Notes: a model not told the origin generated them from the sequence alone. A stretch of 64,000 bases of DNA from Desulfatiglandales bacterium (GCA_963666345.1 OY762721.1:4064001-4128000), one strand, 5' to 3'; shown: positions 1-10,758, counted from the first letter of the stretch. Numbers and translations: made by a program.

Positions 1-59
1 AGAACAATCAGGTTCCTGTTGATAAGGCCTTGTTTGATTTTGTTCACCATGAAGTTCAT
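1..59 (-). CDS. 5' fragment of a gene downstream of gcvPB that runs off the window edge (product not determinable)
   Basis: ATG at 59 (MNFMVNKIKQGLINRNLIV...) is preceded by AGGA, the frame is open to position 1, and it is co-oriented with the gcv operon. Confidence 0.35.
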   Translation of the reverse strand, partial: MNFMVNKIKQGLINRNLIV

Positions 60-140
60 TATATCCTGTGCCTTTGTGTAATCGGTCAAGGCCAGATCAA
101 GAAGATACCATGGTGAAGCTTGATCGAGATTCATATGATA

Positions 141-1595
141 TCAACCGGCAAGGCAGGGTTTACGTGCCGCCAGCACCTCGTCCATCCTCTGAGATCTTGT
201 CTTTTGAGGCGCATTCAGCAGGACCTCGGGGCAGGTCTTGGCCTCATCGGCTACGGCCCTGCAGGCATCTATGAAGAGGTCCAAATCCTCCTTGGATTCG
301 GTCTCAGTGGGCTCGATCATTAGTGCCCCGTGTACGACAAGGGGAAAATAGATTGTGGGTGGATGAAAACCGTAGTCGATAAGCCTTTTGGCAATATCGA
401 GCGTGGTTACCTTTTCTTCGGCCTGAATGGAATCGGTGAAAACACATTCATGCATGCAGGGCCTGTCATATGCAAGATGAAAGACGCCCCTGAGTTTTTC
501 CTTCAGATAATTTGCGTTCAAAACCGCCAGCTTGCTTGCCTTTTCAAGCAGCGGGCCCATGGTGAGGATATATGAATAGGCCTTGATCATTACCCCCATG
601 TTTCCGTAAAAGGCCTGGACCTTTCCAATAGAGTGCGGATTGTCAAGGCTCAGGGAGAATTTGTCTCCATCCTTTATTATCCTGGGTAAAGGCAGAAACG
701 GTTCAATCTCTTTTTTTACGCAGACCGGGCCCGAGCCTGGTCCTCCTCCCCCATGAGGGGCAGACAGAGTCTTATGCAGGTTCAGGTGCATTATGTCTAC
801 ACCTATATTACCCATCTTGACTATCCCCATAATGGCGTTCATGTTTGCCCCGTCTCCGTAGACCAGGCCCCCTCCGGCATGAACTATGGCGGAAATCTCA
901 GAGATATTTTCCTCGAAAAGGCCGAGGGTGTTTGGGTTGGTGATCATTATGCCCGCTACCTCATCGTCCATAAGGTCTTCGACCGCCTTTGTAGAGATAA
1001 TACCCTGCTCGCTTGACTTAACCGGCAGAGGTTTGTACCCGCAAAGGGCAGCGCTTGCGGGATTGGTTCCATGAGCAGTATCGGGAACGATTATCTTCGT
1101 CCTCTGCCTTCCCCTGCTTTTGTGAAAGGCGTGGATGAGCAGCATGCCCGTCAATTCCCCGTGGGCGCCGGCGGCAGGCTGAAGTGTAACCGCATCCATG
1201 CCGGTGATTTCACAGAGGGCCTTTTCCAGCTCATGCATCAATTCGAGCGCGCCCTGGCTGAATGAGGCGGGAAGAAGGGGGTGAGCGGATGCGAACCCCT
1301 CAAGAGTCGCAAGCCTTTCATTGAGCTTGGGGTTGTATTTCATGGTACAGGAGCCCAAAGGGTACATGCCTGTGTCAACCCCGAAATTCCATGTGGATAG
1401 GCGTGTATAGTGGCGAACCACGTCGATTTCGCTTAACTGCGGTATATCCGGCATCTCTCCGACCAGTGAATCGTCCATTTCCGCCTGTTCAACATCATGC
1501 CGTGGAATTGAAAAGCCTGATCTGCCTTTCTTCCCCTTTTCCCAAAGGAGAGGTTCATCTAAAACAAGTCCGGTTGTGCCTATCTGTTCATGCAT
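141..1595 (-). CDS. gcvPB: Glycine dehydrogenase (decarboxylating), P-protein subunit 2
   Basis: YPLGSCTMKYNP, QPAAGAHGE, SAHGTNPAS-like TAHGTNPAS, PLP-Lys motif HLNLHKT..PHGGGGPG, IEPTETE. Confidence 0.97.
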   Translation of the reverse strand: MHEQIGTTGLVLDEPLLWEKGKKGRSGFSIPRHDVEQAEMDDSLVGEMPDIPQLSEIDVVRHYTRLSTWNFGVDTGMYPLGSCTMKYNPKLNERLATLEGFASAHPLLPASFSQGALELMHELEKALCEITGMDAVTLQPAAGAHGELTGMLLIHAFHKSRGRQRTKIIVPDTAHGTNPASAALCGYKPLPVKSSEQGIISTKAVEDLMDDEVAGIMITNPNTLGLFEENISEISAIVHAGGGLVYGDGANMNAIMGIVKMGNIGVDIMHLNLHKTLSAPHGGGGPGSGPVCVKKEIEPFLPLPRIIKDGDKFSLSLDNPHSIGKVQAFYGNMGVMIKAYSYILTMGPLLEKASKLAVLNANYLKEKLRGVFHLAYDRPCMHECVFTDSIQAEEKVTTLDIAKRLIDYGFHPPTIYFPLVVHGALMIEPTETESKEDLDLFIDACRAVADEAKTCPEVLLNAPQKTRSQRMDEVLAARKPCLAG

Positions 1596-2923
1596 GCCTT
1601 TACCCCCTCTACAAGAGCATCAATATCCTCTTTGGTTTTTGTTTCCGTAACGCACAACAGGCGATGGTTTTTCATCTCAGGATAAAAGGACTCCATCGGG
1701 AGACCTGCTATGATCTTTCGATCTGCAAGCCTTTGACTCATGGCGCTGAACTGCTCGGGAAATCTTACGACAAATTCATTGAAGGTGGGGCCTGAAAAGG
1801 GAATTTCAAGGCCCTCATCCTTTAACAGGGCTTTCAGATATTCCGCCTTGTCATGGTTTATCCGGGCCAGTTCGCGCAGGCCTTCCCCTCCGAGGGATGC
1901 CATGTATATGGCGGCCGCAAGGGCGCAAAGGCTGTTGTTGGTGCAGATGTTGGATGTCGCCTTTTCCCTCCTGATGTGCTGCTCTCTGGTGGCAAGGGTG
2001 AGGACGAAACCTCTTTTGCCCTGCCTGTCAAGTGTCTTGCCCACAAGGCGACCAGGCATGTTTCGAACATATTTTTTTCTGGAAGCGAATATCCCAAGGG
2101 CAGGACCTCCGAAACAAGAGGGCACTCCAAGACTCTGACCTTCTCCGCACGCTATGTCAGCTCCGGCTTTTCCTGGGCTTTTGAGCAGGCCGTATGCGAG
2201 TGCCTCGGTAAAGGATGTCACGAAAAGCGCCCCGTTTTCATGCGTTTTTTCACCCAGTCGGTCAAGGTCTTCGATTATTCCGAAAAAATTGGGGGACTGG
2301 ACCGAGATTGCAGCCAGATCATCGATGGCTTTGATTCCTGACAGGTCTGTCCTGCCTGCGGTGTCAGAAGGCAGTTCTATAACCTGATAATCTGAGGGCT
2401 CGAAATAGGTCTTCACCACCTGCCGATAGTAGGGATGAATAAGCCGGGATACGGCCACCTTTTTTTTCCGGGTGATCCTTACCGCCATAAGCAGTGCCTC
2501 GGCAAGGGCGGATGCCCCGTCATATACCGAGGCGTTTGTAACTTCCATGCCGAGCAGATTTCCTGCCAGGGTCTGATATTCATATATGGCCTGAAGGGTC
2601 CCCTGGCTGACTTCAGGCTGATAGGGAGTATAGGCTGTTACGAATTCAGATCTACCCAAGAGATAGGTCAGCGATTCCGGTATGAAATGTTCATAACTGC
2701 CTGCTCCAAGATAGATCTTATATTCAGGGGCAACTGCGTTTTTGTCTGCAAGGAGCGAAAGCTTCCGTCTGGTTTCCCATTCCGTGAACGGTCCCGGAAG
2801 GCGGAGTTCGCAATCGGTTTTGCACCTTTCAGGGACGGAGCAGAAAAGCTCATTCAGGTCCTTTGACCCTATTTGTTCGAGCATTGATCTTATGTCTTCC
2901 TCAGTATGAGGCAGGTAGCGCAT
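1580..2923 (-). CDS. gcvPA: Glycine dehydrogenase P-protein subunit 1
   Basis: MRYLPHT start, YTPYQPEVSQG, NASVYDGA, TREQHIRREKATSNICTN. Confidence 0.97.
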   Translation of the reverse strand: MRYLPHTEEDIRSMLEQIGSKDLNELFCSVPERCKTDCELRLPGPFTEWETRRKLSLLADKNAVAPEYKIYLGAGSYEHFIPESLTYLLGRSEFVTAYTPYQPEVSQGTLQAIYEYQTLAGNLLGMEVTNASVYDGASALAEALLMAVRITRKKKVAVSRLIHPYYRQVVKTYFEPSDYQVIELPSDTAGRTDLSGIKAIDDLAAISVQSPNFFGIIEDLDRLGEKTHENGALFVTSFTEALAYGLLKSPGKAGADIACGEGQSLGVPSCFGGPALGIFASRKKYVRNMPGRLVGKTLDRQGKRGFVLTLATREQHIRREKATSNICTNNSLCALAAAIYMASLGGEGLRELARINHDKAEYLKALLKDEGLEIPFSGPTFNEFVVRFPEQFSAMSQRLADRKIIAGLPMESFYPEMKNHRLLCVTETKTKEDIDALVEGVKACMNR

Positions 2924-3328
2924 TTATTCGGTCCCCCGTAATTTTTTGAGATATACTTCGGCATTCATAAGGGTATCCAGATCAGAGGCATCAGAAGGCC
3001 TTATGGAAACCATCCAGCCCTTGCCGTATGGGTCCTGATTTACGAATTCAGGATTATCTTCAAGGGTTTCATTTATCTTGCAAATCTCACCTGTTACCGG
3101 CATGTATACTTCGCTGACGGCCTTAACCGATTCCACCGTGCCGAAAACGGCTCCCTTTTCAAAGGAATCTCCCGGTTGGGGAAGTTCGACATATACTATC
3201 TCACCCAGCTGGTCCTGCGCATAATCGCTGATCCCTATCCTAAGGTTGTCTTCCTGTCTGCTCACCCATTCATGGTCTTCCGTATAAAAAAGATCGACAG
3301 GTATTTTAATCTCACTTATCTCTTTCAT
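2924..3328 (-). CDS. gcvH: Glycine cleavage system H protein
   Basis: YTEDHEW, GISDYAQDQLGEIVYV, lipoyl-Lys motif ESVKAVSE, NQDPYGKGW; AGGAGG RBS. Confidence 0.97.
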   Translation of the reverse strand: MKEISEIKIPVDLFYTEDHEWVSRQEDNLRIGISDYAQDQLGEIVYVELPQPGDSFEKGAVFGTVESVKAVSEVYMPVTGEICKINETLEDNPEFVNQDPYGKGWMVSIRPSDASDLDTLMNAEVYLKKLRGTE

Positions 3329-3393
3329 GAATCTCCTCCTTGAAAATTATTTTCCAAAATCGGTAAAAAAAACGCTGTAAATGCTTGGCGATC

Positions 3394-4662
3394 TTACCTG
3401 AACCCCTTTAACGGGACCCTTGCCGTCCTGTCAGGCCTTATGTCTTCGACTATCGTGACTTCAATGGATCTCCGGGGGTCCTTCAGTATGATTCTGTCGC
3501 CGTAGTTAAGCCTTTTTCCTACCTTTACAAAACCGCAGCTCAATCCCCTTGCCTTGAACCCGTCGGGCCTGCCGGGGCTGGCAATGCCGAATACTTTTCC
3601 CTCATGGCGGCCGATGGACATATCGGTTACGCATGTCAGCACTTTGCCTATCTCGGTTCCGTCAAGCTCTGATACAACCGCATTGTGAGTGTCGATTTTT
3701 TTTAAATTGTCCCCCAGAAAGGCCATGGTATGTTCCGCTTCAGTTTCCACCCTGAGTGCCGAAGCGCCTATGAAGTCCTTAGTAAAAGCGTCTCTTTTTT
3801 CATTATAGGGAAGGGCGAAGACCCAGGGATGGTTAAGGTATAACCAACCCCCTATGTCCTGATGCGACAGCGGCAGAAGGGCACCCGCCCTGAGTGAGTC
3901 TCTTGATGCAAGGCCGCATGGGCACAGGCCGAAGCCATTTCCCGCCTCAATTATCTGTTTCCATAAATCCGTGAGATATCGGGCCCGGACAAAGATCTCA
4001 AATCCGAATTCCCCGGTGTATCCTGAACGGGAAAGCAGAAAAGGAATCCCGTCCTTTGATATTATCTCGTTTGATGAGGAAGAGACCTTGTCAAAATGTC
4101 CTTTGAAAGAAAAATAGGGCATCCGGGAAAATATTTTCCCGGGGTCCTTGACTATCCTTGAAATGATTTTGAGAGACTCGGGGCCCTGGATATCAACCTT
4201 TCCCAGTTTGCCCGTAAGATCAACTATTTCAGGGTTAAGGTTCCCCCTGTTAGCGGTCAGGTGGCTGAATATTTCTCCTGCCATTCCGGAGTTGACCACT
4301 GTCAGGTATTCATTCGCGCTTACCTGGTATACGATGGCATCGTCAATACATTCCCCCCGGCTGTTTAAAAATGCCCCGTATACGATTCTGCCGTTTTCAA
4401 GGGGATCTGAGTTCCCTCTAAGACAGAAGGAGAGGTCTCTTGTAAAACATCTCTGGAGCAGGTCGCGGGAGTCAGGTCCGGTCAGGCTTATTACCGCCAT
4501 ATGGCTTGTATCGAACAGGCCCGCATTTCTGATAACTGCCATGTGTTCATCTTTTACACCGCTGTACCAGAGGGGCATTTCATATCGGCCGAATTCAACC
4601 AGCCTTGCCCCTGCTGATTTATGCCATTCATACAAAGGCGTTTTTTGCAATTGTTCAGACAT
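3394..4662 (-). CDS. gcvT: Aminomethyltransferase (glycine cleavage T protein)
   Basis: KTPLYEWH, GLFDTSHM, SRSGYTGEFGFE, GLASRDSLR; heads the gcvH-PA-PB operon. Confidence 0.92.
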   Translation of the reverse strand: MSEQLQKTPLYEWHKSAGARLVEFGRYEMPLWYSGVKDEHMAVIRNAGLFDTSHMAVISLTGPDSRDLLQRCFTRDLSFCLRGNSDPLENGRIVYGAFLNSRGECIDDAIVYQVSANEYLTVVNSGMAGEIFSHLTANRGNLNPEIVDLTGKLGKVDIQGPESLKIISRIVKDPGKIFSRMPYFSFKGHFDKVSSSSNEIISKDGIPFLLSRSGYTGEFGFEIFVRARYLTDLWKQIIEAGNGFGLCPCGLASRDSLRAGALLPLSHQDIGGWLYLNHPWVFALPYNEKRDAFTKDFIGASALRVETEAEHTMAFLGDNLKKIDTHNAVVSELDGTEIGKVLTCVTDMSIGRHEGKVFGIASPGRPDGFKARGLSCGFVKVGKRLNYGDRIILKDPRRSIEVTIVEDIRPDRTARVPLKGFR

Positions 4663-4766
4663 TTAGATCTCCGGTAAAATAATTGATCAAAAAGGTTATG
4701 AGAGTCTTTATTCCAATAAGGGGTTTTTATCGTTAAAATAATAAGTTGCTTATAAAACGTGCCTGT

Positions 4767-5210
4767 TTAAAAGATATAGGGAATCTTAAGATTGTAGTTT
4801 TTGTAAACGACAAAGCTTTCAACGGATTGAATTCCTTTAACCTTGGATACCTCATCCGTATAAAATTCCAGTAGCCCGAAGTTTTCTTTAAGCATTATAA
4901 TGGCAATCAGGTCGTAACGGCCGGTAACCACGCTGACCGATGCCACCCCTTTAAGCCTGCTGAATTCTTTGCCTTTTTTTACCAGATCCATGGATTGGAG
5001 CTTGATGCCGATTATGACCATGCTGTGGCCGGGTAGTTTTTCAGGGTCTGAGAGCCCGCAGATTTCCAGCACCTCATTTTCCGTAAGTTTGGTCACCCTT
5101 GAGCGAACGGTGTTTTCGGACAGATTGAGGCTGTCGGCTATCTCCTTGAAAGATTTGCGGCCGTCGCGAAGGTGCTTGATGATTTCCATGTTCGTCTTGT
5201 CTATTTTCAT
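4767..5210 (-). CDS. Lrp/AsnC family transcriptional regulator
   Basis: N-terminal HTH (DGRKSFKEIADSLNLSENTVRSRV) plus RAM domain (VTGRYDL). Confidence 0.93.
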   Translation of the reverse strand: MKIDKTNMEIIKHLRDGRKSFKEIADSLNLSENTVRSRVTKLTENEVLEICGLSDPEKLPGHSMVIIGIKLQSMDLVKKGKEFSRLKGVASVSVVTGRYDLIAIIMLKENFGLLEFYTDEVSKVKGIQSVESFVVYKNYNLKIPYIF

Positions 5211-5264
5211 CGGTCCACCGTTTTTGTGTGCTATGGAAATTGGAATCTGGACAAACTTGAATTC

Positions 5265-5293
5265 AAATTATGGTGAACTGAAGAATATGTCAA
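5265..5293 (-). promoter_or_regulatory. Putative sigma70 promoter of the Lrp-gcv operon
   Basis: TTGACA-N17-TAATTT on the minus strand. Confidence 0.55.
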
Positions 5294-5306
5294 GTAATTA
5301 ATCTAA

Positions 5307-5326
5307 TATTTAGCATATGCTAAATA
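5307..5326. promoter_or_regulatory. Perfect 20-bp palindrome, putative operator in the divergent Lrp/lpdA promoter region
   Basis: TATTTAGCAT-ATGCTAAATA, just upstream of the -35 box at 5288-5293. Confidence 0.55.
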
Positions 5327-5500
5327 ATATGATAAATAACTGTTGAATATGTAAATCGATCATGCTATCTAAAGTGAAAGAAACGCCAGGATATGGCATC
5401 AATCGGATGAAGAGGCTTTTTGGGCCGGAATACAGGCCGTAGCTCTAATTTTACTGACAAGGGCCTGAAGAGTAAGGTCCTGGGAAAGGGGATGATTTCC

Positions 5501-6925
5501 ATGGGGAAAAGGATCGCTGTTATAGGCGCCGGTCCCGGGGGGTATGTGGCGGCAATTAATGCGGCTCGACTCGGAGGTGATATAACCTTAATCGAAAGAG
5601 AAAATGCGGGAGGAACCTGTTTGAACTGGGGATGTATCCCTTCCAAGATATTGAAGACGACTTCAGATCTTGTTGATCGGCTTCACAGGGCGTCGGAATT
5701 TGGAATAGAGACATCCGGGGATTTCAGCGTTGACATGGATTCCCTTATGGCAAGGAAAGACAATGTAATAAAAAGTCAAGTCAGGTCCCTTGAAAATCTT
5801 TTCAAGACAAAAAATATCCGCTATCTGAAGGGGAAAAGCAGGATCAAGGCAGAGGGGCTGCTGGAGGTCGAATATGATGACGGTACCCTCAAAGAACTCG
5901 GCTGGGACTCATTGATTCTGGCACCAGGTTCGGCTCCTCTGCCGATGCCTGAAATCCCTTTTGACGGAACCCGTATCCTGTCAAGCGATCATGCGCTTGA
6001 ACTGAGGAGTGTGCCTTCCTCTCTGCTCGTGGTAGGCGGAGGCGTTATAGGGTGCGAATTCGCCAGTATCTATTCATCGCTCGGCGCAAGGGTGACAATA
6101 GTTGAAGCAATGGACAGGATTCTGCCTTTGCCCTCGGTTGATGAGGCATGCTCAAAGGTTATCCAGAGGGAGATGAAGAAGAAAAAAATATCATACTATC
6201 TTGAACATATTGTTCAAGTTGCAGGACCATCGGCCGAAACCGTGGAAGTCGAGGTTCTCCCTTTTAAAAGGCAAAAGGCAAAAGGCCGGGAACCTGTTAG
6301 TCTCAGGTTTGAAAAAATCCTTGTATGTATCGGCAGGGGACCTGCGACAGATGGGCTCGGACTGGAAAGACTCGGCATTGAGGTCGATGAAAAGGGATGG
6401 GTCAAATCAGATGCCTTTATGGAGACAAGCTTTCCGGGTGTTTTCGCCATCGGCGACGTATTGGGGCCGGAGAAGATTATGCTGGCCCACTGCGCGTCCG
6501 CCGAGGCACTGGTGGCCTCTGAAAACGCTATGGGGGGCAGAAAGAAAATGGACTACTCCGGAATCCCCGGCGCCATATTCACGACACCCGAGATCGCAAA
6601 CGTGGGGCTCACGGATCGGCAGGCATCAGAGAAAGGTTATGACGCCTCTTCTGAAACCGTGCTGTTCAGAGTGCTTGGAAAGGCTCAGGCAATGGGAGAT
6701 ATCGCAGGGCAGGCCAAAGTGATCTGGGACAGGGGGACAGGAAAGATACTTGGCGTTCATCTGATCGGCCCCCATGCGACGGATCTTATCGGAGAGGCGT
6801 GTCTTGCCGTCAAAAGCGGCTGCACCATGGAGGATCTTGCCGCTACCGTGCACGCCCATCCGACTCTGTGTGAAATCATGACCGAGGTTGCACAAAAGGC
6901 CCTTGGAAGGGCCGTACATGGATAA
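5501..6925 (+). CDS. lpdA: Dihydrolipoyl dehydrogenase (GCS L protein)
   Basis: GAGPGGYVAA, redox motif GGTCLNWGCIPSK, GGGVIGCE, HAHPTLCE; start placed at ATG 5501 behind AAGGGG (track starts at 5420). Confidence 0.96.
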   Translation: MGKRIAVIGAGPGGYVAAINAARLGGDITLIERENAGGTCLNWGCIPSKILKTTSDLVDRLHRASEFGIETSGDFSVDMDSLMARKDNVIKSQVRSLENLFKTKNIRYLKGKSRIKAEGLLEVEYDDGTLKELGWDSLILAPGSAPLPMPEIPFDGTRILSSDHALELRSVPSSLLVVGGGVIGCEFASIYSSLGARVTIVEAMDRILPLPSVDEACSKVIQREMKKKKISYYLEHIVQVAGPSAETVEVEVLPFKRQKAKGREPVSLRFEKILVCIGRGPATDGLGLERLGIEVDEKGWVKSDAFMETSFPGVFAIGDVLGPEKIMLAHCASAEALVASENAMGGRKKMDYSGIPGAIFTTPEIANVGLTDRQASEKGYDASSETVLFRVLGKAQAMGDIAGQAKVIWDRGTGKILGVHLIGPHATDLIGEACLAVKSGCTMEDLAATVHAHPTLCEIMTEVAQKALGRAVHG

Positions 6926-6933
6926 AATTGGTA

Positions 6934-7887
6934 TCAGAAATCCTGCTCGACCTTTAGCTCATCAAACAGGCCGTCCGTCGATAGATACCTTTCGCCTGTA
7001 TCATAAAAGATGCAGACTATGGTCCTGCCCTTGAATTCATCTCTCCCGGCCAGCTGCCCTGCGACCCATGCGGCTGCGCCGGATGAAGGGCCGAGCAAAA
7101 GGCCTTCTTTTGCGGCTATCTTCCGTGTCCACTCAAAGGCGATATCGTCTTCCACCGTAAGAAGTTCGTCGATCAGATGACTTGATCTCTTGAAATTATC
7201 GGTCACAAACCCCGGGCCTATGCCGATTATCTTATGTTTGCCTTGAGGCCCGCCTGAATAAACAGGGCTTGAAGCCGGTTCAAAACCTATGATGTTTATC
7301 TTACTGTTTTTCCCCTTAAAATACCTTGCAAGCCCGTCAAAGGTGCCTGATGTGCCAAGGCCGATTACAACCGCGTCAATGTTTCCGCCGGTCTGATCCC
7401 ATATCTCCGGGCCTGTGGTTTCCTCATGGGCCATGCCGTTTGCCGGATTGGCATGCTGGTTCAGGAAATAGGTCGTTTCCCGGTTTTTATCGCAATAGGC
7501 CATGGCCCTTTTTCTTGCACCTTTTGTGTGTTCAATGCCGGGAGTTACTACTACCTTTGCCCCGTATGCGCAGAGAATCTTCTGCCTTTCAACGCTGCAC
7601 AGTTCGCTCATGAAAAGCCGGACCCTGAACCCCATGACCGCACCAAGGCTTGCAATGGCAATGCCGGTATTTCCGCTTGTTGCCTCCACCACCTCTGTGT
7701 GGGTGCTTATTTTTCCATCTTCAAGCGCCCTGTTGATCATGCTGAGTACGGCACGATCCTTTATGGACATGGGGTTTAGGTTTTCCATTTTTGCAAGAAT
7801 CCTGGATTCCGGTTTTTCATATAGTCGGCCAAGTTCAAGAAGCGGGGTCTTTCCCACAAGATCGGTCAGGTCTTTTGCAATAGTCAT
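6934..7887 (-). CDS. cysK: Cysteine synthase family PLP enzyme
   Basis: GKTPLLEL, NPMSIKDR (PLP Lys), ATSGNTG, GLGTSGT, HKIIGIGPGF, DTGERYLST. Confidence 0.85.
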   Translation of the reverse strand: MTIAKDLTDLVGKTPLLELGRLYEKPESRILAKMENLNPMSIKDRAVLSMINRALEDGKISTHTEVVEATSGNTGIAIASLGAVMGFRVRLFMSELCSVERQKILCAYGAKVVVTPGIEHTKGARKRAMAYCDKNRETTYFLNQHANPANGMAHEETTGPEIWDQTGGNIDAVVIGLGTSGTFDGLARYFKGKNSKINIIGFEPASSPVYSGGPQGKHKIIGIGPGFVTDNFKRSSHLIDELLTVEDDIAFEWTRKIAAKEGLLLGPSSGAAAWVAGQLAGRDEFKGRTIVCIFYDTGERYLSTDGLFDELKVEQDF

Positions 7888-7892
7888 GGAGG

Positions 7893-9128
7893 TTATCCTT
7901 CCTGTTTTAATCCTTCTGAAATCATGTTAAGCACATAGTCGACATCTGCCTCTGTGTGGGCCGCGTTGAGCTGAAATCTCAAGGTCTCATCACCCTTCGG
8001 CACAACGGGAAAAGTGAGGCCGACAACGAGAATTCCCCTGCCAAAGAGAAACCTGACCATGCTGTGCGCCTTATCCGTATCCCTGACAAGCACCGGGACA
8101 ACCGGATGAGGCCCCGGGATGGATTCAAGGCCCAGCCCTTCGATTCCACTGCGAAATTGTGCGATCCGTTCCCTGAGATGTCGCAAAAGCCCTGCTCCTT
8201 CGGCACTGTCGCATATGTCTATAGCCTTTACGGCAGCGGCGCAATCAGCGACACCAAGGGGGTTGGTATAGATATATGTGTCCGCCTTCTGTCTGACCGC
8301 TTCCGTCACGCTCTCGCTTGCCGCTATAAAACCGCCGTTTACCCCGAAAGCCTTTCCGAAGGTTCCTATTATCACGTCGGGGCTGGCACCGGAATATTCA
8401 GCCGTGCCCCTTCCGGTTTTTCCGTATGCGCCTATGCCGTGTGAGTCGTCGACTACCGTTATTACGCCGTCTTTGAATTTATCGTCAAAGCGACCGGCTA
8501 TCTCCCGTATCTGATCTATCGGCGCATAGTCCCCGCGCATGCTGAATATGCCGTCAAAGATGACTATCACCCTTTCTGTCTCCTTTGGTATCTGAGACAG
8601 GCATTGCTCAAGGGACTGCATGTTGTTGTGCTCATAGATCTTTTTGTTTGCGCTAGGGATGTTTGCGATCCTCATCGCCCTTATAATACTGTTGTGATTG
8701 AGCTGGTCGCCTACCCAGAAGGTTTTTTTGTTGGAAATAGCCAGGGCCAGTCCGCAGTTTGAGGTGTAAGCGGAATTAAAGATCTTTGCGAAGGGTTTTT
8801 TGACAAACCGGGCTATCCTTTTTTCCAGGGCGATATGGGTTTCGAACGTCCCGTCGATGAACCTGACCGCTCCGGGACCCACCCCGAATTTCTTTGTCGC
8901 GAGATCGGCGGCTTGCTCAAGGTCCTCATGGTTTGAAAGAGAAAGGTAGCTGTTCGAATTCATTCTTATAAAATGACCGTCAACCCCCTCTAGTCTGTAC
9001 CTGGGGCCTTTTTCACCGCTTGGAGGGATGTAGTCCGTAATGATCCTTTCAGGGGGCTTGGCACGGCCTTCCTGTTTAAGGGCTTCAACTTCTCTATTTA
9101 ATGCTGTATCCAGCTTTTCAAGACTCAT
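7893..9128 (-). CDS. kbl: Glycine C-acetyltransferase (2-amino-3-ketobutyrate CoA ligase)
   Basis: SNSYLSL, GAVRFIDGT, LNHNSII, DDSHGIG, GTFGKAFG; directly downstream of tdh; start at MSLEK behind AAGGAG. Confidence 0.88.
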   Translation of the reverse strand: MSLEKLDTALNREVEALKQEGRAKPPERIITDYIPPSGEKGPRYRLEGVDGHFIRMNSNSYLSLSNHEDLEQAADLATKKFGVGPGAVRFIDGTFETHIALEKRIARFVKKPFAKIFNSAYTSNCGLALAISNKKTFWVGDQLNHNSIIRAMRIANIPSANKKIYEHNNMQSLEQCLSQIPKETERVIVIFDGIFSMRGDYAPIDQIREIAGRFDDKFKDGVITVVDDSHGIGAYGKTGRGTAEYSGASPDVIIGTFGKAFGVNGGFIAASESVTEAVRQKADTYIYTNPLGVADCAAAVKAIDICDSAEGAGLLRHLRERIAQFRSGIEGLGLESIPGPHPVVPVLVRDTDKAHSMVRFLFGRGILVVGLTFPVVPKGDETLRFQLNAAHTEADVDYVLNMISEGLKQEG

Positions 9129-9152
9129 GTGAATCTTCTCCTTTCTCAATCT

Positions 9153-10187
9153 CTAAGCCCAGTTGAGTATGACTTTGCCTGAATTACCCGATCTCATGAC
9201 TTCAAACCCGTCTCTGAATTCAGTGTATGGGAAATGATGCGTAATAACAGGTGATATATCCAGCCCGGTCTGGATCATGGAGGTCATCTTGTACCAGGTT
9301 TCATACATCTCCCTGCCGTAGATACCCTTTATGGTGATTCCGTTGAAAACTACCAGGTCCCAGTTGATGGGGGTGTTATCGGGCATAAGCCCCAGCATGG
9401 CGATCTTTCCCCCGTGACACATGTTTTCAAGCATGGAGGTGAGGGCCGCGGGGTTACCCGACATCTCGAGGCCTACATCGAACCCCTCTTTCATGCAGAG
9501 CCGTTTCTGTGCATCTTCTATCTTGTCCTGAATCACGTTTATGGCGAGGGTCGCTCCCATTTTTTTTGCCAGATCAAGACGGTAATCATTTATGTCGGTA
9601 ACCACCACATATCTGGCTCCTGCATGCCTTGCAATGGCTGTAGCCATACATCCGATGGGGCCTGCACCGGTAATCAGTACGTCTTCTCCCAGAAGATCGA
9701 ATGAAAGGGCCGTGTGAGTGGCATTTCCCAGTGGGTCGAAACATGAGATGATATCAGTGGGTATCTTAGGGTCGCAGTACCACACATTGGTAACCGGAAT
9801 CGAGAGATATTCGGCAAAGGCACCGGGCCTGTTGACTCCCACACCGCTTGTGTTCATGCACAGGTGCCTGCGGCCTGCAAGGCAGTTTCTGCAGCGGCCG
9901 CAGACAACATGTCCCTCGCCCGATACAAGATCGCCGGGTTTGAAATCGTGAACATTTGCTCCGATCTCAGCGATGTGTCCCACGAATTCGTGCCCTGTCT
10001 GCATTGGAACCGGGATTGTCCTTTTTGCCCAGTCATCCCAGTTGTATATATGGACATCGGTTCCGCATATAGCGGTCTTTTCTATTTTTATTAGTACATC
10101 GTTTATGCCGACATCCGGAACCGGTACCTCTTCAAGCCAGAGGCCGGGCTCAGGTTTTGCTTTTACAAGCGCTTTCATCTTGTTCAT
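9153..10187 (-). CDS. tdh: L-threonine 3-dehydrogenase
   Basis: [46 protein letters not shown]. Confidence 0.97.
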   Translation of the reverse strand: MNKMKALVKAKPEPGLWLEEVPVPDVGINDVLIKIEKTAICGTDVHIYNWDDWAKRTIPVPMQTGHEFVGHIAEIGANVHDFKPGDLVSGEGHVVCGRCRNCLAGRRHLCMNTSGVGVNRPGAFAEYLSIPVTNVWYCDPKIPTDIISCFDPLGNATHTALSFDLLGEDVLITGAGPIGCMATAIARHAGARYVVVTDINDYRLDLAKKMGATLAINVIQDKIEDAQKRLCMKEGFDVGLEMSGNPAALTSMLENMCHGGKIAMLGLMPDNTPINWDLVVFNGITIKGIYGREMYETWYKMTSMIQTGLDISPVITHHFPYTEFRDGFEVMRSGNSGKVILNWA

Positions 10188-10263
10188 ATTTTTTCTTAAT
10201 CCTTTTAAAATTTATTTGAACCTAGCCTCTTCCTTTTGGTGGGGTCAGACTCAAGCTGTTTTT

Positions 10264-10758
10264 TTACTCTTCCAGAACCAGCCTGACCGGAAGAGGGGTC
10301 TCAGGCAGCTTCATCCATTTGTCCATGGCGTCCAGAATAATGAATGTTTCGGTCCGGTTGATGCCCTCTATCCGTGAAAGGTCTTCGATCAGGAACTTGT
10401 TCAGATCGTTTCTTGATTCCAGAAATACCTCCACAAGGAGATCGTACTTGCCGCTTACATTGCAGACGGAAACCACTCCATCAAGATTTGAAATGGATTT
10501 CATGGTCCTGGCATGTGTTCGTTTCTCAAGCTCCATGCCCACGACTGCTGCAATACCGTTTTTAAAGCAAAAGGGATTGATGGATGCGGTTATCTTGAGC
10601 AACCCCCTGTTCATAAGCTTGTTCATGCGGAACCGCACCGTGCCGTCTGAGACCTTAAGCTCATCGGCAATATCTTTGCTTGACGCCTTGCCGTCTTCCT
10701 GAAGTTTGAAAATGATTTTTCTATCGATATCATCCAGTTCGTCGATCTTGTTTTTCAT
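10264..10758 (-). CDS. Lrp/AsnC family transcriptional regulator
   Basis: LDDIDRKIIFKLQEDG..IADELKVSDGTVRFR HTH; SGKYDL RAM domain. Confidence 0.93.
   Translation of the reverse strand: MKNKIDELDDIDRKIIFKLQEDGKASSKDIADELKVSDGTVRFRMNKLMNRGLLKITASINPFCFKNGIAAVVGMELEKRTHARTMKSISNLDGVVSVCNVSGKYDLLVEVFLESRNDLNKFLIEDLSRIEGINRTETFIILDAMDKWMKLPETPLPVRLVLEE

Noticed and set aside
4663..4766. Glycine riboswitch upstream of gcvT
   Set aside because: The gap is short and AT-rich, with no aptamer motifs
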